A stretch of DNA of 64,000 nucleotides from assembly GCF_009834535.1 (NCBI RefSeq), contig NC_045697.1, forward strand, positions 12,278,001 to 12,342,000, in the 5' to 3' direction. A program made the translations under genes and the position numbers. Each line of letters begins with the position of its first letter. Positions within the stretch are counted from its first letter, which is position 1. The notes beneath the pieces were generated by a model that saw only the letters and a list, made by a program, of their open reading frames with translations, did not search any database and was not told the DNA's origin. Shown here piece by piece: positions 1 through 13,900 of this stretch. The stretch comes from Camelus ferus. Lineage: Eukaryota.

Positions 1-1180
1 ATGTCAGAATATTTAATTCAGGATGTTAAAAACATCCCAAAATGTCACAATAATTATATCACAGCAGGCAATTAAAACACTGGAAAATGCCAACTGACTA
101 TGAGTGTTCCTTGTTATTTAGGAAACTATTAAGAACCTGACATACAAAGTAAAAAAAAAAAAACGCTGGTTATAACTTTCTATTTCAATAGACAATTTCA
201 TCATCATATAGGAAATTGACACTTGATACAGTCAGGGTCATGCTAAAAACACAGCCCAAGGCAGAACTAAGGAGATCTCTACTTTCCCTTTATAATATCT
301 ATATTCACACGTTATAAAAAACATTGTTTGGTTTTACATATCATACCATATGTGCTGCAATACCCTGCATACAATGGTTGTGTTAATTAAATCATATGTT
401 GGCAGCCTTAATTGATCTGATTTTGCCATCCTAAATTATGTGCAATAGAATTATTTCCTCGTTTTTCGAATTGTAAATGCTAATGGATTAACAATGTAAT
501 GCCGAAGACCAGCAGCAGTGGTTGCTTAATCCCGGAGGATTAGAGTGTCATTCTCAGTGGGGATGTTAAGAACTGACTATCATGAGCTGGAAGGAGATAT
601 ATTCAGGCTGGGTGAGGAACAGAAAACAGAGTGTACCAAAATCCTAAGAGTTTAAATGCATTTACAGGCATGGGTTAACTCGGGTGTAAGTGAACAGTTT
701 GCCCATGCAACTGTAACATTTGAAAGGACAGTGTTTTATGGGCAAAAACCCCACAGTTAACCTGAAGCTACATTTTGGGGAGCTATGTCCGAGTTTCAAA
801 TGGGTCACCTGAAAGGTTAAGTGTTATTTTTAACCAACACACTTATGAAGGACTTAAGATAAGCAGTTAGCACCATAGCATTCATAGAGAGCAGAAATTA
901 TTATAACGTGTTTATTTTTGATTTTGGGAAACATGATGGAAAATAATTGTGCTGCCTTCAAGAAAGGTCTGTAATTAAATGAGGTAATGTTATAAAGCAC
1001 CGAATATGATGTCCAGCAGACAACAGTTGCTTAAAATATTTTAGTTCCTTCTTTCCTTTGTGAAAACAGACATCAACACAAAGAACTATGGTAAAGGTGG
1101 CATTTGGGTGGAGCCCAAACTAAAGTATAAACAGACTGAGTGGAAGAGGAAGTACAATGTCTTGGAATAATGTCCAAACT

Positions 1181-2592
1181 CAGGGGCAGATTTCAGTGTT
1201 TATACAATCTGGGGTGCCTCCTTTATGGAAAACAGCACAAGATTATCAATATAAAAACTAAGAATAGAATGAATATTTAAGAATGAGGGAAAAAACACAA
1301 TGAAGTATACATTTACAGGATCTGATAGATACCACAAATATTCTAAAATTGAGAAAAATAGTATTTTATTTGTATTAATTATCTAAATGCCACACCACTG
1401 GAATACCTTCTTTTCTTCATTTTTTATATATATATGTTTTGATCATGCTCTCATATGAGTGATTTTGTAAAATCTATAGAGTGCAGGTTGGTAATTCAAT
1501 GTTTTCTTTAACATGGTAATCAAAATTTGATATTTTAACATTATTGTCTGTTTTAGAAAATTTTTCTTTTTAGAAAAGCTTCACAACTCATTATTAATAT
1601 GCCATGTGAAGACTTAAGATTATTGTTAAATTTGGGGAAATGTCTATTAAATTTCTTCCAAATATGCATTGTAAGGGCATTTCAAATTTTCTTGTTCAGT
1701 AACTAATCTTCAGTACCAGTAGGGCTGATGGCACACATTAAACAATTAGTCATTGATGTCCGCTCTGCAGTGGAGTATTAAGAGTTAGCTGTTATCTTTG
1801 TTGACGTAAGTATTTCATGTCAAATTAGCAAGAATTTGAAGTCTTCTCCCAATGTGTCCATATGACTCACTCCTCTGTGTTAATTGGATTATCCGAATAT
1901 CCAGGTGCTTATTTGTTACTTCTGTTCAAAATTTATTTCCTCCTCTTAATGAATCATTTCATTTGGTATGATCTGAAAGCTTTTTGTTACAATTTGTTTT
2001 TCAATTTAAAATACTTTTTATTGACTTCATCCCTAATCTCTACTGCTTCCATTTCATATTTTGCTATTTTAATCTGTAATGTATTAGTTATCGAAAAAAT
2101 AAATTTAAAGTGATAAAAGAAGATACCTATACATGCACTCAAGTTAGGAGTCTTTAATTCCTAACTTGTTTATGGATATGTCTTTCAAAATGGCAATAAA
2201 AACTGTGCATTTGAACATTATCAAATATTCTATTCTCATTAAAAAAAAAAGCCTTTCTTACTCTGAGATGGCTTGCAGTAGATTCACCATATTTGGAAAT
2301 GATTGTGAACGCTAAACTCAAGCTAAAATATATAGTCAACTCTACTTCCTGTAGTTAGATTCCCCAAGTGCCACCGCCGCTCCAGCCAGCTGACAAAGCA
2401 GGAAGCTTGATGAGTGCAACAGACGGCTGTCTTTACCAATTTCAGTGAAAGTATCTCTCTTTTGTAAAATTTTCAAAAGACGGTGACTATATGACCCCCT
2501 TGCTAGGGCCCCTCCAGGGCCTTGGAAGGGTTCCATGGAAGTGGAGGGCTTGAAGCTTAAGTTTCATTAGCTTTAAGGCAATTCTGCCTTTG
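1181..2592 (-). mobile_element. hAT-Tip100 DNA transposon, internally deleted (Arthur1/MER69-like)
   Basis: Imperfect TIRs CAGGGGCAGATTT (1181) and revcomp CAAAGGCAGAATT (2592). 8-bp TSD tccaaact (1173-1180) / tccaaatt (2593-2600). Decayed hAT dimerisation-domain-like coding (FPNLTIIL...) on the minus strand near 1480-1650. Confidence 0.85.
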
Positions 2593-2883
2593 TCCAAATT
2601 TCTTAATATAGCTATTTATGATTTATCTTCTGCTAACTTCCCCAACTCAGCCTCTCACCACTTTCTTCCCTTGCTTTCTTTGCCTGAGCCTTATTCAGTT
2701 TCTTTCAGCTCTTTAACTCTGCTGTGCTCTCGCTTACTCCAGGGCATCCACCAGTACTGTTCTCTGTCTGGTTAAACATGCATCCTCCACAAGTCACTTT
2801 AGAAGTCACTTAGCTTTCCCTGACTACCTGAATCTGAGATAAATGTCTCCTGTATTTGCTTTCATGGTATAGTCTATTAATAA

Positions 2884-2910
2884 ACAACAACAACAACAAC
2901 AACAAAAACA
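2884..2910 (+). repeat. (CAA)n microsatellite
   Basis: acaacaacaacaacaacaacaa. Confidence 0.9.
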
Positions 2911-2979
2911 ACCAGTAATTAATAAGTCCATGGTACAATGTAATGTGAATAATGACTAAAAATCTGTATCATATCCAAT

Positions 2980-3130
2980 TGTTCAGTGTGTACTTGCTTT
3001 CTCACCTGTACCTGCCATTAGAGGTAAGTTCTGTGAGGGAAGGAACCTTGTCTTTCTTTTTCTCCACTGTGATTCCATTTTCGGGAATAGTTCTTAGAAC
3101 ATTCAATAAATATTTCAATAAATATTCCAT
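2980..3130 (+). mobile_element. L2 3' end fragment
   Basis: gtaagttctgtgagggaaggaaccttgtc...cattcaataaatatt, typical of the L2 terminus. Confidence 0.65.
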
Positions 3131-3180
3131 AAATATTCTGGGCTGAGGGAAAAGTATCAACAGATGTAGAAGCTTAAGAG

Positions 3181-3430
3181 ACAGTATGGAATAGTAATCG
3201 GAAGTATAAGCTCTGTACAAAGATGTCTGGTGCTTCGATCCCAGGCCCATCAGCTGCGTGACTGTGGGTAAATTGCTTAATATTTCTGTGCCTCAGTTTC
3301 CTAACCTGTGAAATGAGGGTAACAGTAGGACCTACCTTATATGGACTCAAAATTAAACAAGACAAAATATGTGAAGTGCTTAGAACGGTGCCTGGTCCAT
3401 AATAAGCATCAAAAAATGTTAGCTATTATC
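3181..3430 (+). mobile_element. MIR SINE, near full length
   Basis: Core ctgtgcctcagtttcctaacctgtgaaatgaggg and 3' end gtgcttagaacggtgcctgg...aaatgttagctatt. Confidence 0.9.
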
Positions 3431-5799
3431 AACATTCATAGCCTTATCCCAGTCAAAAAGTTTACTTATTTAAGACTAACCACCCTTAAGCTTTCTCCAA
3501 CCTGACATTTACAAGACATGAGGACAGCTATGGGCTTGTAGACTTTAGAGATTATCTACACAAAGTCCTCATTTTATAGAAGAGGACATTTAGTGCACAA
3601 AAGCCAGCTGGACAGTTCTGGGATTAGAACCCAGAATCTGCCATCTGCCAAACTGCCAAAGTGATGACAGTGGTGAGTTTAGAACCAGAGGCTTGGTGAT
3701 GCATGGCTTGCAGAAGTATGGAGGTAAAGGTGGTTGAGCTGCTCCCCTGAAGACGGTGGTTGTAGCTTTGCTGTTGCAGGATCTGTGGCTTCAAGACTCC
3801 ATACTACTCGTTCCATTTACCAGTCTGGTATTAAGGCTCTAGAAGAGCCCCAAAAGGATCACAGTGGACTTCTGACTTGTGATCAAGTCCATGCTGGCTT
3901 TATTTGGATGTCAGAGAGGCTGGGGCAATGGGTGGAAAGCCAGCAAGATGATTCTGGATTCTGGCTCAGTCTCCAAGTTAAAAAGCTCCGTTAAGATACC
4001 CTCCTTAAGTGTATCTTCCCTTTACTGCTACGTACTGAGACCCTCCAAACAGAATGAGGCAGTGTCTCTGTGGAATTCAGCCCAGAGGCACATGGAATTC
4101 TAGGAGACTGAGTATCTCAGGTTTTGGAGCTCATGTGCTTAGAGGGACACCACATGTACAAATCAGGAAGAGGCAGCTTTTTTCTAAATGTGTGGCTTAG
4201 GTGACTAGCTCTAAAATCTATCCTAATGTACTATGACTATTTTGCATGTCCTGTAAGATGTTGTTGAGCCAAATAGCATTATCATTCACAAATAATAAAT
4301 ATTCATAAATAATTCGTAAGTAAACTGCTTATCACTTCTGCACAAAGCAAGTAATAGAACCTTAACTACAAACATGGGTTTGTTCCACTGGATTCTGCTT
4401 TCTCTCTTTAACAATAACTTTAAAGGGCCCCCTTTAAAACTCAGGTCTTTGAAAGACGAAAGATTGAGAAATGTAGAATGGACAGCAAGGAATGAACTAT
4501 ACTTACTTGATTAAGCATGTATAAATATACTCAGAACACTGCAAGTAGTACAAAGATAACTTAGATATAGATAAACAGATGGTAGATAGGTAACAGATCG
4601 ATCCATCAGTCAGGCCAGAATGGGTCTGGGTCTGCTTCTAAATTATCTTCAGGGTGCTTGCTCGTTGGCAGGCAGTGCCTTTGTCAGAAGGGGTAACTCA
4701 GTGTCTTCTATTTCGTTTCGGCTGTGCTCACTGAAGTCAGATATATTTTAAAAAATAATTATTAAACACCTACTATGTGATGGAAGCTGTGCTATGCTAA
4801 TTATTGTGTCTGTAAGGATAACTAAGCTGTGGTCCTTGTCTTCAAGCAGCTTTCTTTTGAAGGAGGTTGGTGGAGGTCCTGTGACCTGACCTGGATAGGA
4901 ACTATTTCTTGCAGTTATTTTTGTGTGTGTGGTGTCGTTTTGCTTTGGAATTGTCTTTTTATTTCCATGTTGGCTTCTCTGCTGGACTAATTGCTACTTG
5001 GTTTCAAAATGTTTTTCCTTAGTATAGGGCAACGTCATTTGGTTACAGTTTAATTTTTCATCATCAATTAGAATTTAACTATTACATATTTATTGCATTA
5101 GTTCCTTCTGTTCTGTCTTGCTATTGTACAAATCTAAGCGATGCCGGAAATGACAAAGTGAATAGATTCTCTGAATAATGCCTTTTGCCTGTGATTACTG
5201 AGGTGGGAAGAAGTTTATAGTTCACTCAGGTTTGGAGCAGGAGAATAAAAATATACTCAAGTCTGGCTGTTACCTAGAAGACTACTCGCTGTCGCTCTAA
5301 AGTCCTTTCCTTTGGGAATGTTTCCTGACTCCCACGAGCAGTTACATTCCTTTTGAAATAGATAACATTTAGAATTGAGAGTTATGCTTTGTGAGAAAAA
5401 AATGCAGTACTCTTAGGCTTTTCCTATTTAAAATCTCATGTATTCTCCACATGAGTTACACCTAAGTAAAGGTGTGTGAAGGCTGATTCATGACTATAAA
5501 GACTAGGTCATTAATTTGGTTTGCTTATCATCTAAAGTATCTTTGCAAAAATTCCCACATTTATACCATAGGGCTGTGTGTATACACGTGCATATTTAAA
5601 TCTCATTCTTTTATGTTAAATTTTTTTTTACCATATGTAGAGAGAGCTTTTATATCGTGTTCTTCCGATCTTCAAATTTGCCCTGTGATGTGGCTGAGTG
5701 TGAGATGACCACCCAATTACAGATTAGGAAACTAAAACTCAAATAATTGATTTTCCCTAGGTGGCGCGAAGTAAGGAGGAGAAATAGGACTAATTAGGT

Positions 5800-6325
5800 G
5801 TGCCTCTCTAGAATCCCTTCCCCTCTCTTTCAGCAATAATTTCTGAGTTTCACTGTGGAGTTTTGCCTTCCCTGTCTTCTATCTATGTGGACCAGATGGG
5901 ACCCTACCTGTAGTTTCATGGCCGTTTCTTGTCCTGCAGACCTAAGACAATAGCATTTCCATTGTCTGGACGCAGTGATGAGATGAATTCAGAGTAGACA
6001 AGTGCCTGACCTGGGTTCATCAGAAGGAATCCTAGACTTTTGGGGAGAGCTGTGGGAAACGGATCCTCTTTTCCTCTAGGTTTGGTGTTGGGAGGAGGTG
6101 GAACTGAAGCTGCTTACCACCGCATGGAGTCCTGGATGAAAGCCAGGAGAGCAGAAGGCAATGCCAGATAAGGAGGGAAAAGAAACCATGTGCCGGTAAC
6201 ACCACTGATGTCAGTAAGCACCTACATCAAGCCACACCTCAAAGTCTGTCTTACCTTTGGACTTTTAGTTCAATGAAAAACCTTTTTCTCCTCAAGCTTG
6301 TTTGGGCTGGGCTTTTAGTCCTGAC
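5800..6325 (+). mobile_element. Old MaLR solo LTR (MLT1K/L-like)
   Basis: 3' motif catcaagccacacctcaaagtc...tggacttttagtt...ctcaagcttgtttgggctgggctttt. Confidence 0.65.
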
Positions 6326-7619
6326 CGGATATAGCTCTGTAGGCGAATAAGCCACAGTGCCAGTTTCAAGAACCGCAATTTCCCAATGTCAGAAATGAAG
6401 GTGCTTTTCTAGCTAATGGCTCTGAAGTCATGATTCCATGTTGACTCTCTAAGGGTCATCTCAACAGCATGCTGAGAGCAATGCATGTCCTTTGGTGTCC
6501 GACAATTTAAGTTTACTCTTGGGTGTGGTGTTTTTTCCCCTGTGGCAAATAGTTGATTTTCCCAAGGTTAATAGAGTCTAAAATAGATTTATTGTAACTC
6601 AAGATTTTGATTCAGCAATGGTTAGGGTGTTATTCTTTAAAACATTAAGAAAACATTGAAGAACTTAGTCAAAAGTCGACGTTAGCTAGACTATCTACGG
6701 TCTGACAGAAATCTATGCACGAAGCCCATGTGCTATTTTGGCGTTAAATAATTGGTGTTCTTAGTTTATAAATAAATTCCTTCCATGATGATAAATGTGC
6801 TCTTAAAAATTTAGTCATGAAAATTGTGGTGTGTTGTTGCTGCAATGTTTACAAAAAAGTACTATACATTTTTAAAAGTATGATTCCAGTTATTGTGCAG
6901 AGGAAAAAAGAAAAACATGTTTTTCATTTAATAGATTGTATAGGAAATCAGTTATTACAGTCAAAAGGTGCATCATACACTAAACTGAAAAATGCCTGAA
7001 TGTTGGAGGAAGATTCATTTTTGACACCACCCCTCTCCTCGCAGAAGAGAACTAACCCTTCAGAGTTGCCCGAGTTGCCTGGTGGGGATGCTAAGTGGAG
7101 GACAGGAGCGACTTGCCAGTTGCTTTATGGCCACATTTACTGAAATGTGAGGTTCTTCTGTATTTGATAAAATGGCATGAGTATCCTATTTAAATCCTCA
7201 TAACACATTAAATGTTTGGAGGTTTCTAGAAAGTGATTATTTATGGTTCCCTGAGCACACCAGGAGGTTTCAGATTTCCATATGTGGTTCCCCCAGCCTG
7301 AAAGGCCGTTCCTTGCCTTCTCCACCAGATGAGCTCCTGTGTACCTTCCAAGACATAGTTCAAGCACTTTGTTCTCCCTGGGCTCCTCTCTAGGCATTTG
7401 ATTGCTCTGTGCCTTGGTCCACTGTACCTTATCTATGTTTTTTTATTTGTAGAATCAGTCAAAATCTACTGCACTATTTCTCTGTTCCCTATCTCTTCCA
7501 CTGGACTTTGAGGACCTTCGATTCAAAGACTTGCCTGACCCTGCAAATGCCCAATATATGTTTGCTGAGTGAATTTAAAAAATTAGTGGTCCTCATTTGA
7601 GTAAGTATTCTAACCATAA

Positions 7620-7840
7620 CTGTCATGGGTATTCATTTTGAATACCTAATAATAGCCAGGCAATGTATATACATTATAATTTATTGTAATTTAATCGTTA
7701 ACCCTGCCAAGTTATACTATCCTTCTCCCCATTTTGTAGATGAGAAAACTGAGGCTCAGAGAGGTTGAGAGGGTTGCCCAAGATGTAACTAGTAAGTGGT
7801 AGTGCAGGGATTCACGGACTGTGCTCTTCCCTCCACATAA
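7620..7840 (-). mobile_element. MIR SINE
   Basis: cccattttgtagatgagaaaactgaggctcagagaggtt core. Confidence 0.85.
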
Positions 7841-9039
7841 TATCTCTAACTTTGTTTGAAATAGTTATTTAAAAATTTTCTAAAATGCTTCCTTTTAAAC
7901 ATTCTCTGAATATTCTCTTGAGGGCTCTGTTTCCTGCTAGATTCATGCTACCTGCTTCCGTCTGCAAAATCAAATAAGCCACTTTATGCAGCTCCTTCCT
8001 CAGGAAATCTGGAAAACGGAGCTGTTCTTTCTAGGAACACTAACAATTCATCTCCATTTACTGGCCTGGTTTGTGATTTTCAGTTTAACCCGTTATGGAT
8101 CCTGGTCCCTGGGTTGGGCCTGTTGGCAGGTTAAATCTAAAAAAGTTGTTAGGCTCAGCAAACAGAGCCAGGAAGCGGAAGCAAATTTTAGGAAAGAAGT
8201 TATTTCAGTAACTGAAGCCAAACAAACATTTTGATTAAAATGGTCTAATTCTATGTCTTTGCTCTGCCAGTGTAGCTCTGGTCCACACCTGTTACACTCT
8301 GCAGTGCACTGTTCCCCAGAAATTGCCAAGTGCTAGTTTGTGAATTCGACCTGCTTAAGGTTTTGATGAGGTTTTCATCAGTCTGAAGAGAAATCAGAAA
8401 CAGAAGCAGTGTTATATGTGCATCTGAATACACACACAACACACACACAGTCATTGGTTTCCTTTTTGAGAAGGATTGTTTTTCATTCAGAGGTTCTTTC
8501 TTCCACCTACTTTTAGAATAAAATAACTTTTTTTCTTAAGAAATTAGTGTGTGAATAGAAGGTAGATAATTTTCTTAATGCTTCAACCTTCATGACAAAA
8601 TAAAAATAGCTACAAAGTCCTATTTCCCTGGATTTTTAAACAAATTTTACAGGACCATGAAATCCCAGAGTCCTGGCACTACATCTCACTTCCTCTTTCC
8701 CTTGGTATTTTTGTTGGCCATAAATAACAAAGCTGCTTCCAAAGATGGAAGACTAATGTTTTCAAATGATTTTCTCCTCTGGACTCTGGTCTCACCTTTG
8801 TCTTTACCCTTCATTGGCAGTTAGACTATGATGCCTTGCATTTATGTCCTAGCTAATAAAATAGATTGTAACCACACCTACCGGAGGTAGGAAGTGTCAC
8901 TTTCTTTCCATGTATTCATCACTTTCTTTCCATATATCACTAGAATCTACACATAATAGATACTTAAATGTTTTAAAATAGGTTTAATGTCAGGAACCTG
9001 GGGGAAGCTACTGAAAATTAATAAGATAATAATGACAAT

Positions 9040-9300
9040 AGATTAAAATTAATATTTATTAAGTGCTTTCTATTCATTAGGCATTATTTTAAATATTCCA
9101 GTATGTGCCTTGTTAATCCTCTCAACAGCCAAACTAAATAGGTTTTATTGTCATTGCCTTCATTTTACAGGAGATGGAAACATAGATAACAGGGGGTTAA
9201 GTAACCTGTTTAGAGTCACATGGCTTTTACTTGGCAGTGGTAGGATTTAAACCTAGATGGGTTTAGCTTGAGGGCTCAGTATTCCTAACCACCACACCAT
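9040..9300 (-). mobile_element. MIR SINE
   Basis: aatatttattaagtgctttcta...cattttacagg...ggttaagtaacctg...ggatttaaacctag. Confidence 0.8.
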
Positions 9301-9389
9301 GCCGCTTCCTGCAGGGACACCTCTGGCAGCTGCATTTGGAGAAGAATGGCAGCAATGGTGGCAGCAATTGCACAACTAGAACAACTGGA

Positions 9390-9590
9390 AGATACCCGGG
9401 CTCCGTACGTGCTAAGGGATTCATATGCATTATTTCATGCTTACAACCACCCTATGCATTCTAAGCTCCTGTGACCCATTTTACAGATGAGGAAGCTGAG
9501 GTACAGAGGTCTTAATTTCTTGCCCAAGACTGGGAGTTGGCAGAACCTGAACTCAGGCATAGGTTTGCCGGACTCTAAACCCCATGGGTT
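9390..9590 (-). mobile_element. MIR SINE
   Basis: cccattttacagatgaggaagctgaggtacagagg core. Confidence 0.8.
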
Positions 9591-10660
9591 ATGACGGCGT
9601 ACTTGGATGAGCTCAGGATTTGGGGCAGGAGAATTCCATCTCCAGCCTCTCCAGTAGCTGAGTGGCCACAGCCATGTCACTGGACCCTCTGAGATTGTTC
9701 TGTCTTCTATAAGGAGGAGGATATGTGTGTAAGATGCTTAATAAACAGTAATGTGCTACTTAAATATAATTTATTTATATATGTGGCAGAAGCTTGTTAC
9801 ATTTCCTGGTCCTCTGAGCATCTCTGGAGATTCAGAAAGCTCACTGCCTTTCCTCTTCCCTTCACTTGCTAGCTTCCCATACCAGCAGGCACCTCAGAAA
9901 GCTTTGGGCTCCTGTTGCTGAGTAGCTCTAGGAAATGTATTTTGAGTTGCCGATCACCTCTAGTCACAGAAGGAAAATCAAGGCTGACAAGCACCATGCT
10001 CATTAGGCAGCCACACTTGGTTTTATCCAGCCTATCCAGCCACAAAGATGATAGGAAAAGATATTTATAGTTGACCTTTCAAGATTAATAATTCCTGTGA
10101 AAGAGAAACTGGTATTCAACACAAGTAAAAAAAATCCTGAGAATTGAAGGAAATAATTATTTTACTGTTTGTAGTACAGTTTGTTACATTTATTAAAAAT
10201 TTAATAAAATGCATATGCATATTTCTCACACTTAAAGACAGTAATAATGTAAAATCAGTTCAATCTGCTTCTTTAAAATTGGACGTGTGACATTCTTATG
10301 ACTCTAAATTATTTTGAATATTCTCTTAAAAATATGCATTAATCTTGTAATTTGAGAAAGTAAAATTCCATAAAAAATTAGTTAAAAGAAACTCAAAAAA
10401 TGGATCTTTTAGGCGCATTAAAAATCAAATGCTAAACCAGTCATGATTTTAGATGTTAGGAAATAAAAATTGAAATTAGCGTGTTCCTTTGTCTTAACTT
10501 TGGATCTGCCCTTATTCTTTCTTTTGACTCCACATTAGATTGACAACTAATACCATGTTTAGGTATCATGCGTGTCTGGTGAAGATTTTCCTGGCTTATC
10601 TTATTGTCTGATAAAGGCAAGACTTACAAGAATCCATTTTGTTGCCAAATAAATGTATTC

Positions 10661-10967
10661 TCATTGAGGCAACTTCGGTTGAAAACGCTTATACCGTAAA
10701 TAATTAAATGCTCTGTGCTTTGAACATAAAATATGCTGTACACTGGGTGCAAAAAACCCTACAACTTTTCTAAATGGGAGCTACTTGAGTTTTTGAGATG
10801 GGAAGGGGGAGGATGGAGGCTGACAGATTGCAGTGTAAGTTAACATTGTGGGGATTTTTGCTTTAATACTTGGTGCTTCTTGTTTGTTGTTTTTAGTGCA
10901 AATAAAAAATGCTATAAATTAGTCTGAAAAGCAATTGAAAATACTTTTGTAAACATGAAAGCATTTC
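10661..10967 (-). pseudogene. Candidate decayed exon 6 (terminal): TM remnant plus Pro-rich cytoplasmic tail
   Basis: Acceptor ttcttctattcag|GA. Reads (G)NAFMFTKVFSIAFQTNL*HFLFALKTTNKKHQ, then after a frameshift ...CQPPSSPFPSQKLK*...YLRYKRFQPKLPQ* ending at TGA 10663-10661. Confidence 0.35.
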
Positions 10968-11053
10968 CTGAATAGAAGAACCTCATCCTTTCTTTTTGAA
11001 ATTGTAAATTACTATAAAAGAATTTCAAAAGGATTTTTATAAAGTAATGACCA

Positions 11054-12861
11054 TTTTTAGTTTTTTAAAGAACCTCCAAACTGTCCTCCATAGTAGCTGA
11101 ACCAATTTACATTCCCATCAATAGTGTAGGAGGATTCCTTTTTCTCCACACCTTCTCCAGTATTTATTATCTGTAAACTTTTTAATGATGGCTATTCTGA
11201 CTGGTGTAGGGTTATACCTCATTGTACTTTTGATTTGCATTTCTCTAATTATCAGTGATATTGAGCATCTTTTCAAGTACCTGTTGGCTATCTGGATGTC
11301 TTCTTTGGAGAAATGTCTATTTAGGTCTTCTGCCCATTTTTTGATTGGGTTGCTTGTTTTTTTGATATTAAGCTATATTTGTTGTTTGTGTATCTTGGAA
11401 ATTAGTCACTTGTTGGTCATATCACCTGCAAATATTTCCTTCCATCCTGTAGGTTGTCTTTTCATTTTGTTGATGGTATCCTTAGCTGTGCAAAAGCTTT
11501 TAAGCTTAATTAGGTGCCAATAGTTTATTTTTGCTTTTATTTTCATTACTCTAGAAGCTGGTTCAAAAAAAAAATATTACTGAAATTTGTGTCAAAGAGT
11601 GTTCTGCCTATGTTTTCCCCTAGGAGTTTTGTAGTATCTGTTTTTACATTTAGGTCTTTAATCCATTTTGAGTTTATTTTTATATATGGTGTTAGAGAAT
11701 GTTCTAATTTCACTCTTTTACATGTAGCTGTCCAGTTTTCCCAGCACCACTTATTGAAGAGACTATCTTTTCTCCATTATATATTCTTGCCTCCTTTGTT
11801 GTAAATTGACCGTAAGTGCATGGGTTTATCTCTGGACTTTCTATTCTGTTCCACTGACCAATGTATCTGTTTTTGTACCAGTACCATACTGTTCCAATTA
11901 CTGTGGCTTTGTAGTATAGTCTGAAGCCAGAGAGCATGATTCCTCCAGCTCTGTTCTTCTTTTTCAAGATTGTTTTGGTTATTCAGGGTCTTTTGTGTTT
12001 CCATACAAATTAAAATTTTTTGTTCCAGTTCTGTGAAAAATGTCATTGGGAGTTTGATAGGGATTGCATTGAATCTGTAAATTGCCTTGGGTAGTATGGA
12101 CATTTTAACAATATTATATCTTCCAATCCAAGGACACTTAACTCTAAAAATAGACTTACCATATGATTCAGCAATCCCACTCCTGGGCATATATCTGGAG
12201 AAAAGTATAATTTGAAAACACACATGCACTCCAATGTTCACAGCAGTACTATTTATAATAGCCAAGACACGGAAACTACCTAAATGTCCATCAACAGATG
12301 ACTGGATAAAGAAGATGTGGCATATATATATTATATCTATATAATATCTGTATCTATATAATATAATATATAATATATATATTATATATATATAATATAT
12401 ATATATATATATAAATGGAATATTACTCAGACATAAAAAATGAAATAATGCCATTTGCAGTAACATGGATGGATCCAGAGATATCATGTTGAGTGAAGAA
12501 AGTCAAAGACAAATACCATACGATATCACTTATTTGTGGACTCTTAAAAAAAATGATGCAAATTCTATTTACAAACCAAAACCAGACTCACTGACATAGA
12601 AAACAAACTATGGTTACCAAAGGGGAAAGGGTGGGGAGGGATAAATTAGGGGCTGGGAATTAAAAGACACACATTACTATATATAAAATAGACAAACAAC
12701 AAGGACCTATTGAATAGCACGGGGAACTATATTCAGTTTCTTGTAATAACATGTAATGGAAAAGAATGAAAATATATGTATGTATATGTAAACTGAACCA
12801 CTTTGCTGTACCACTGAAGCTAATATTGTAAATCAACTACACTTCAATCAAAATTTTTTTA
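11054..12861 (+). mobile_element. 5'-inverted (twin-primed) L1, artiodactyl/camelid type
   Basis: ORF2 C-terminal sequence on the minus strand at 11054-~12138, then ORF2 end plus 3'UTR on the plus strand at ~12143-12861. 13-bp TSD aaagtaatgacca at 11041-11053 and 12862-12874. Confidence 0.93.
12322..12413. repeat. AT-rich (AT)n low-complexity tract inside L1
   Basis: atatatatattatatctatataat...atatatatatataaat. Confidence 0.9.
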
Positions 12862-13739
12862 AAAGTAATGACCACTAACCCATCAAATAACAGTCATTTT
12901 TTATTAAACATTTTCCTTTAAAGTCTTTGTTCACATATTATAAGAATTTTCAATTTTAGATTATATAAAAACTTTGAAATGACATTATATTTAGTCTATT
13001 ATTATCATTATTAAAGCCTACATAATAGCTTGATTTGGTTAACTATTTTCTTATTTTTTTTATAATTAGGTTTTTGGTCATTTATTTTACTTTCCTAGAA
13101 ATGACAACTACACATTCTAGGTTTTCTAAATATTTTGTTCCATTTTTCCCTATAATTTTCTTTGTATTTGTGTGTCCTGCTTTTTGCTTTAAAAAATATG
13201 GTCTTGATAATCATGGTTAATAATACAACAAGCCTAAACAAGCCTAAAAAGTATGATTTTTTTTCCTATGGTGGTTTATTTCTTTAGGACAAATTTTCTT
13301 CTCTGCTTGAGTTACTTTTTTGCTATATTCTATGATGAAGTCCTATTAATTATTTAAAACCCAGCTTAAATGTCTTTTTGCCAAGGTTTTTCATTGATAT
13401 TCTCCAGCAGTGTCTATCACTCTGTCCTTTATACATTACTTCTTTGTAGCAGACAGTACCTTGTAGTACAATTATGCTTAATTAAAACAATTTACTGCCC
13501 CTACTACACTGTGCATTTGTTGAAGACAAGCCCTGAGTGTATTTTGTACATCATCCCAACTTCATAGAATGGTTTTGGACAAATTCAGTCAATTAAACAA
13601 CTGATTGAATTAAATAAAAGAGCTTAGCAGGGCCTAGATGAATGGAAGAAGAAATAAAATGCTGTTTTAGAGGAGTTCAGGGAGAAGAGAGACCATTAGG
13701 GGCTGGAGGAGGAGACGGCAGGAAACCTATTTCTGTCGA

Positions 13740-13900
13740 GCTTTGTTATGTACCAGGCGCAGTGCCAGGTACTTTACATAGCTTATCTCATTTAACCCTG
13801 AGAACAACTCTGAGGTAGGTTCTACCATAGTGCATATTGCAGAGACAAAATATTAATGTTCACTGAGTAGTTACTCACGTTCAGTCCAGAGCTACAGGAG
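13740..13900 (-). mobile_element. MIR fragment
   Basis: tatgtaccaggcgcagtgccaggtactttacatagcttatctcatttaaccctgagaacaactctgaggtagg. Confidence 0.75.

Noticed and set aside
11777..12487. Longest ORF (236 aa)
   Set aside because: Artefact of the L1 inversion junction: antisense 3' L1 plus AT repeat fused to a sense ORF2 fragment.
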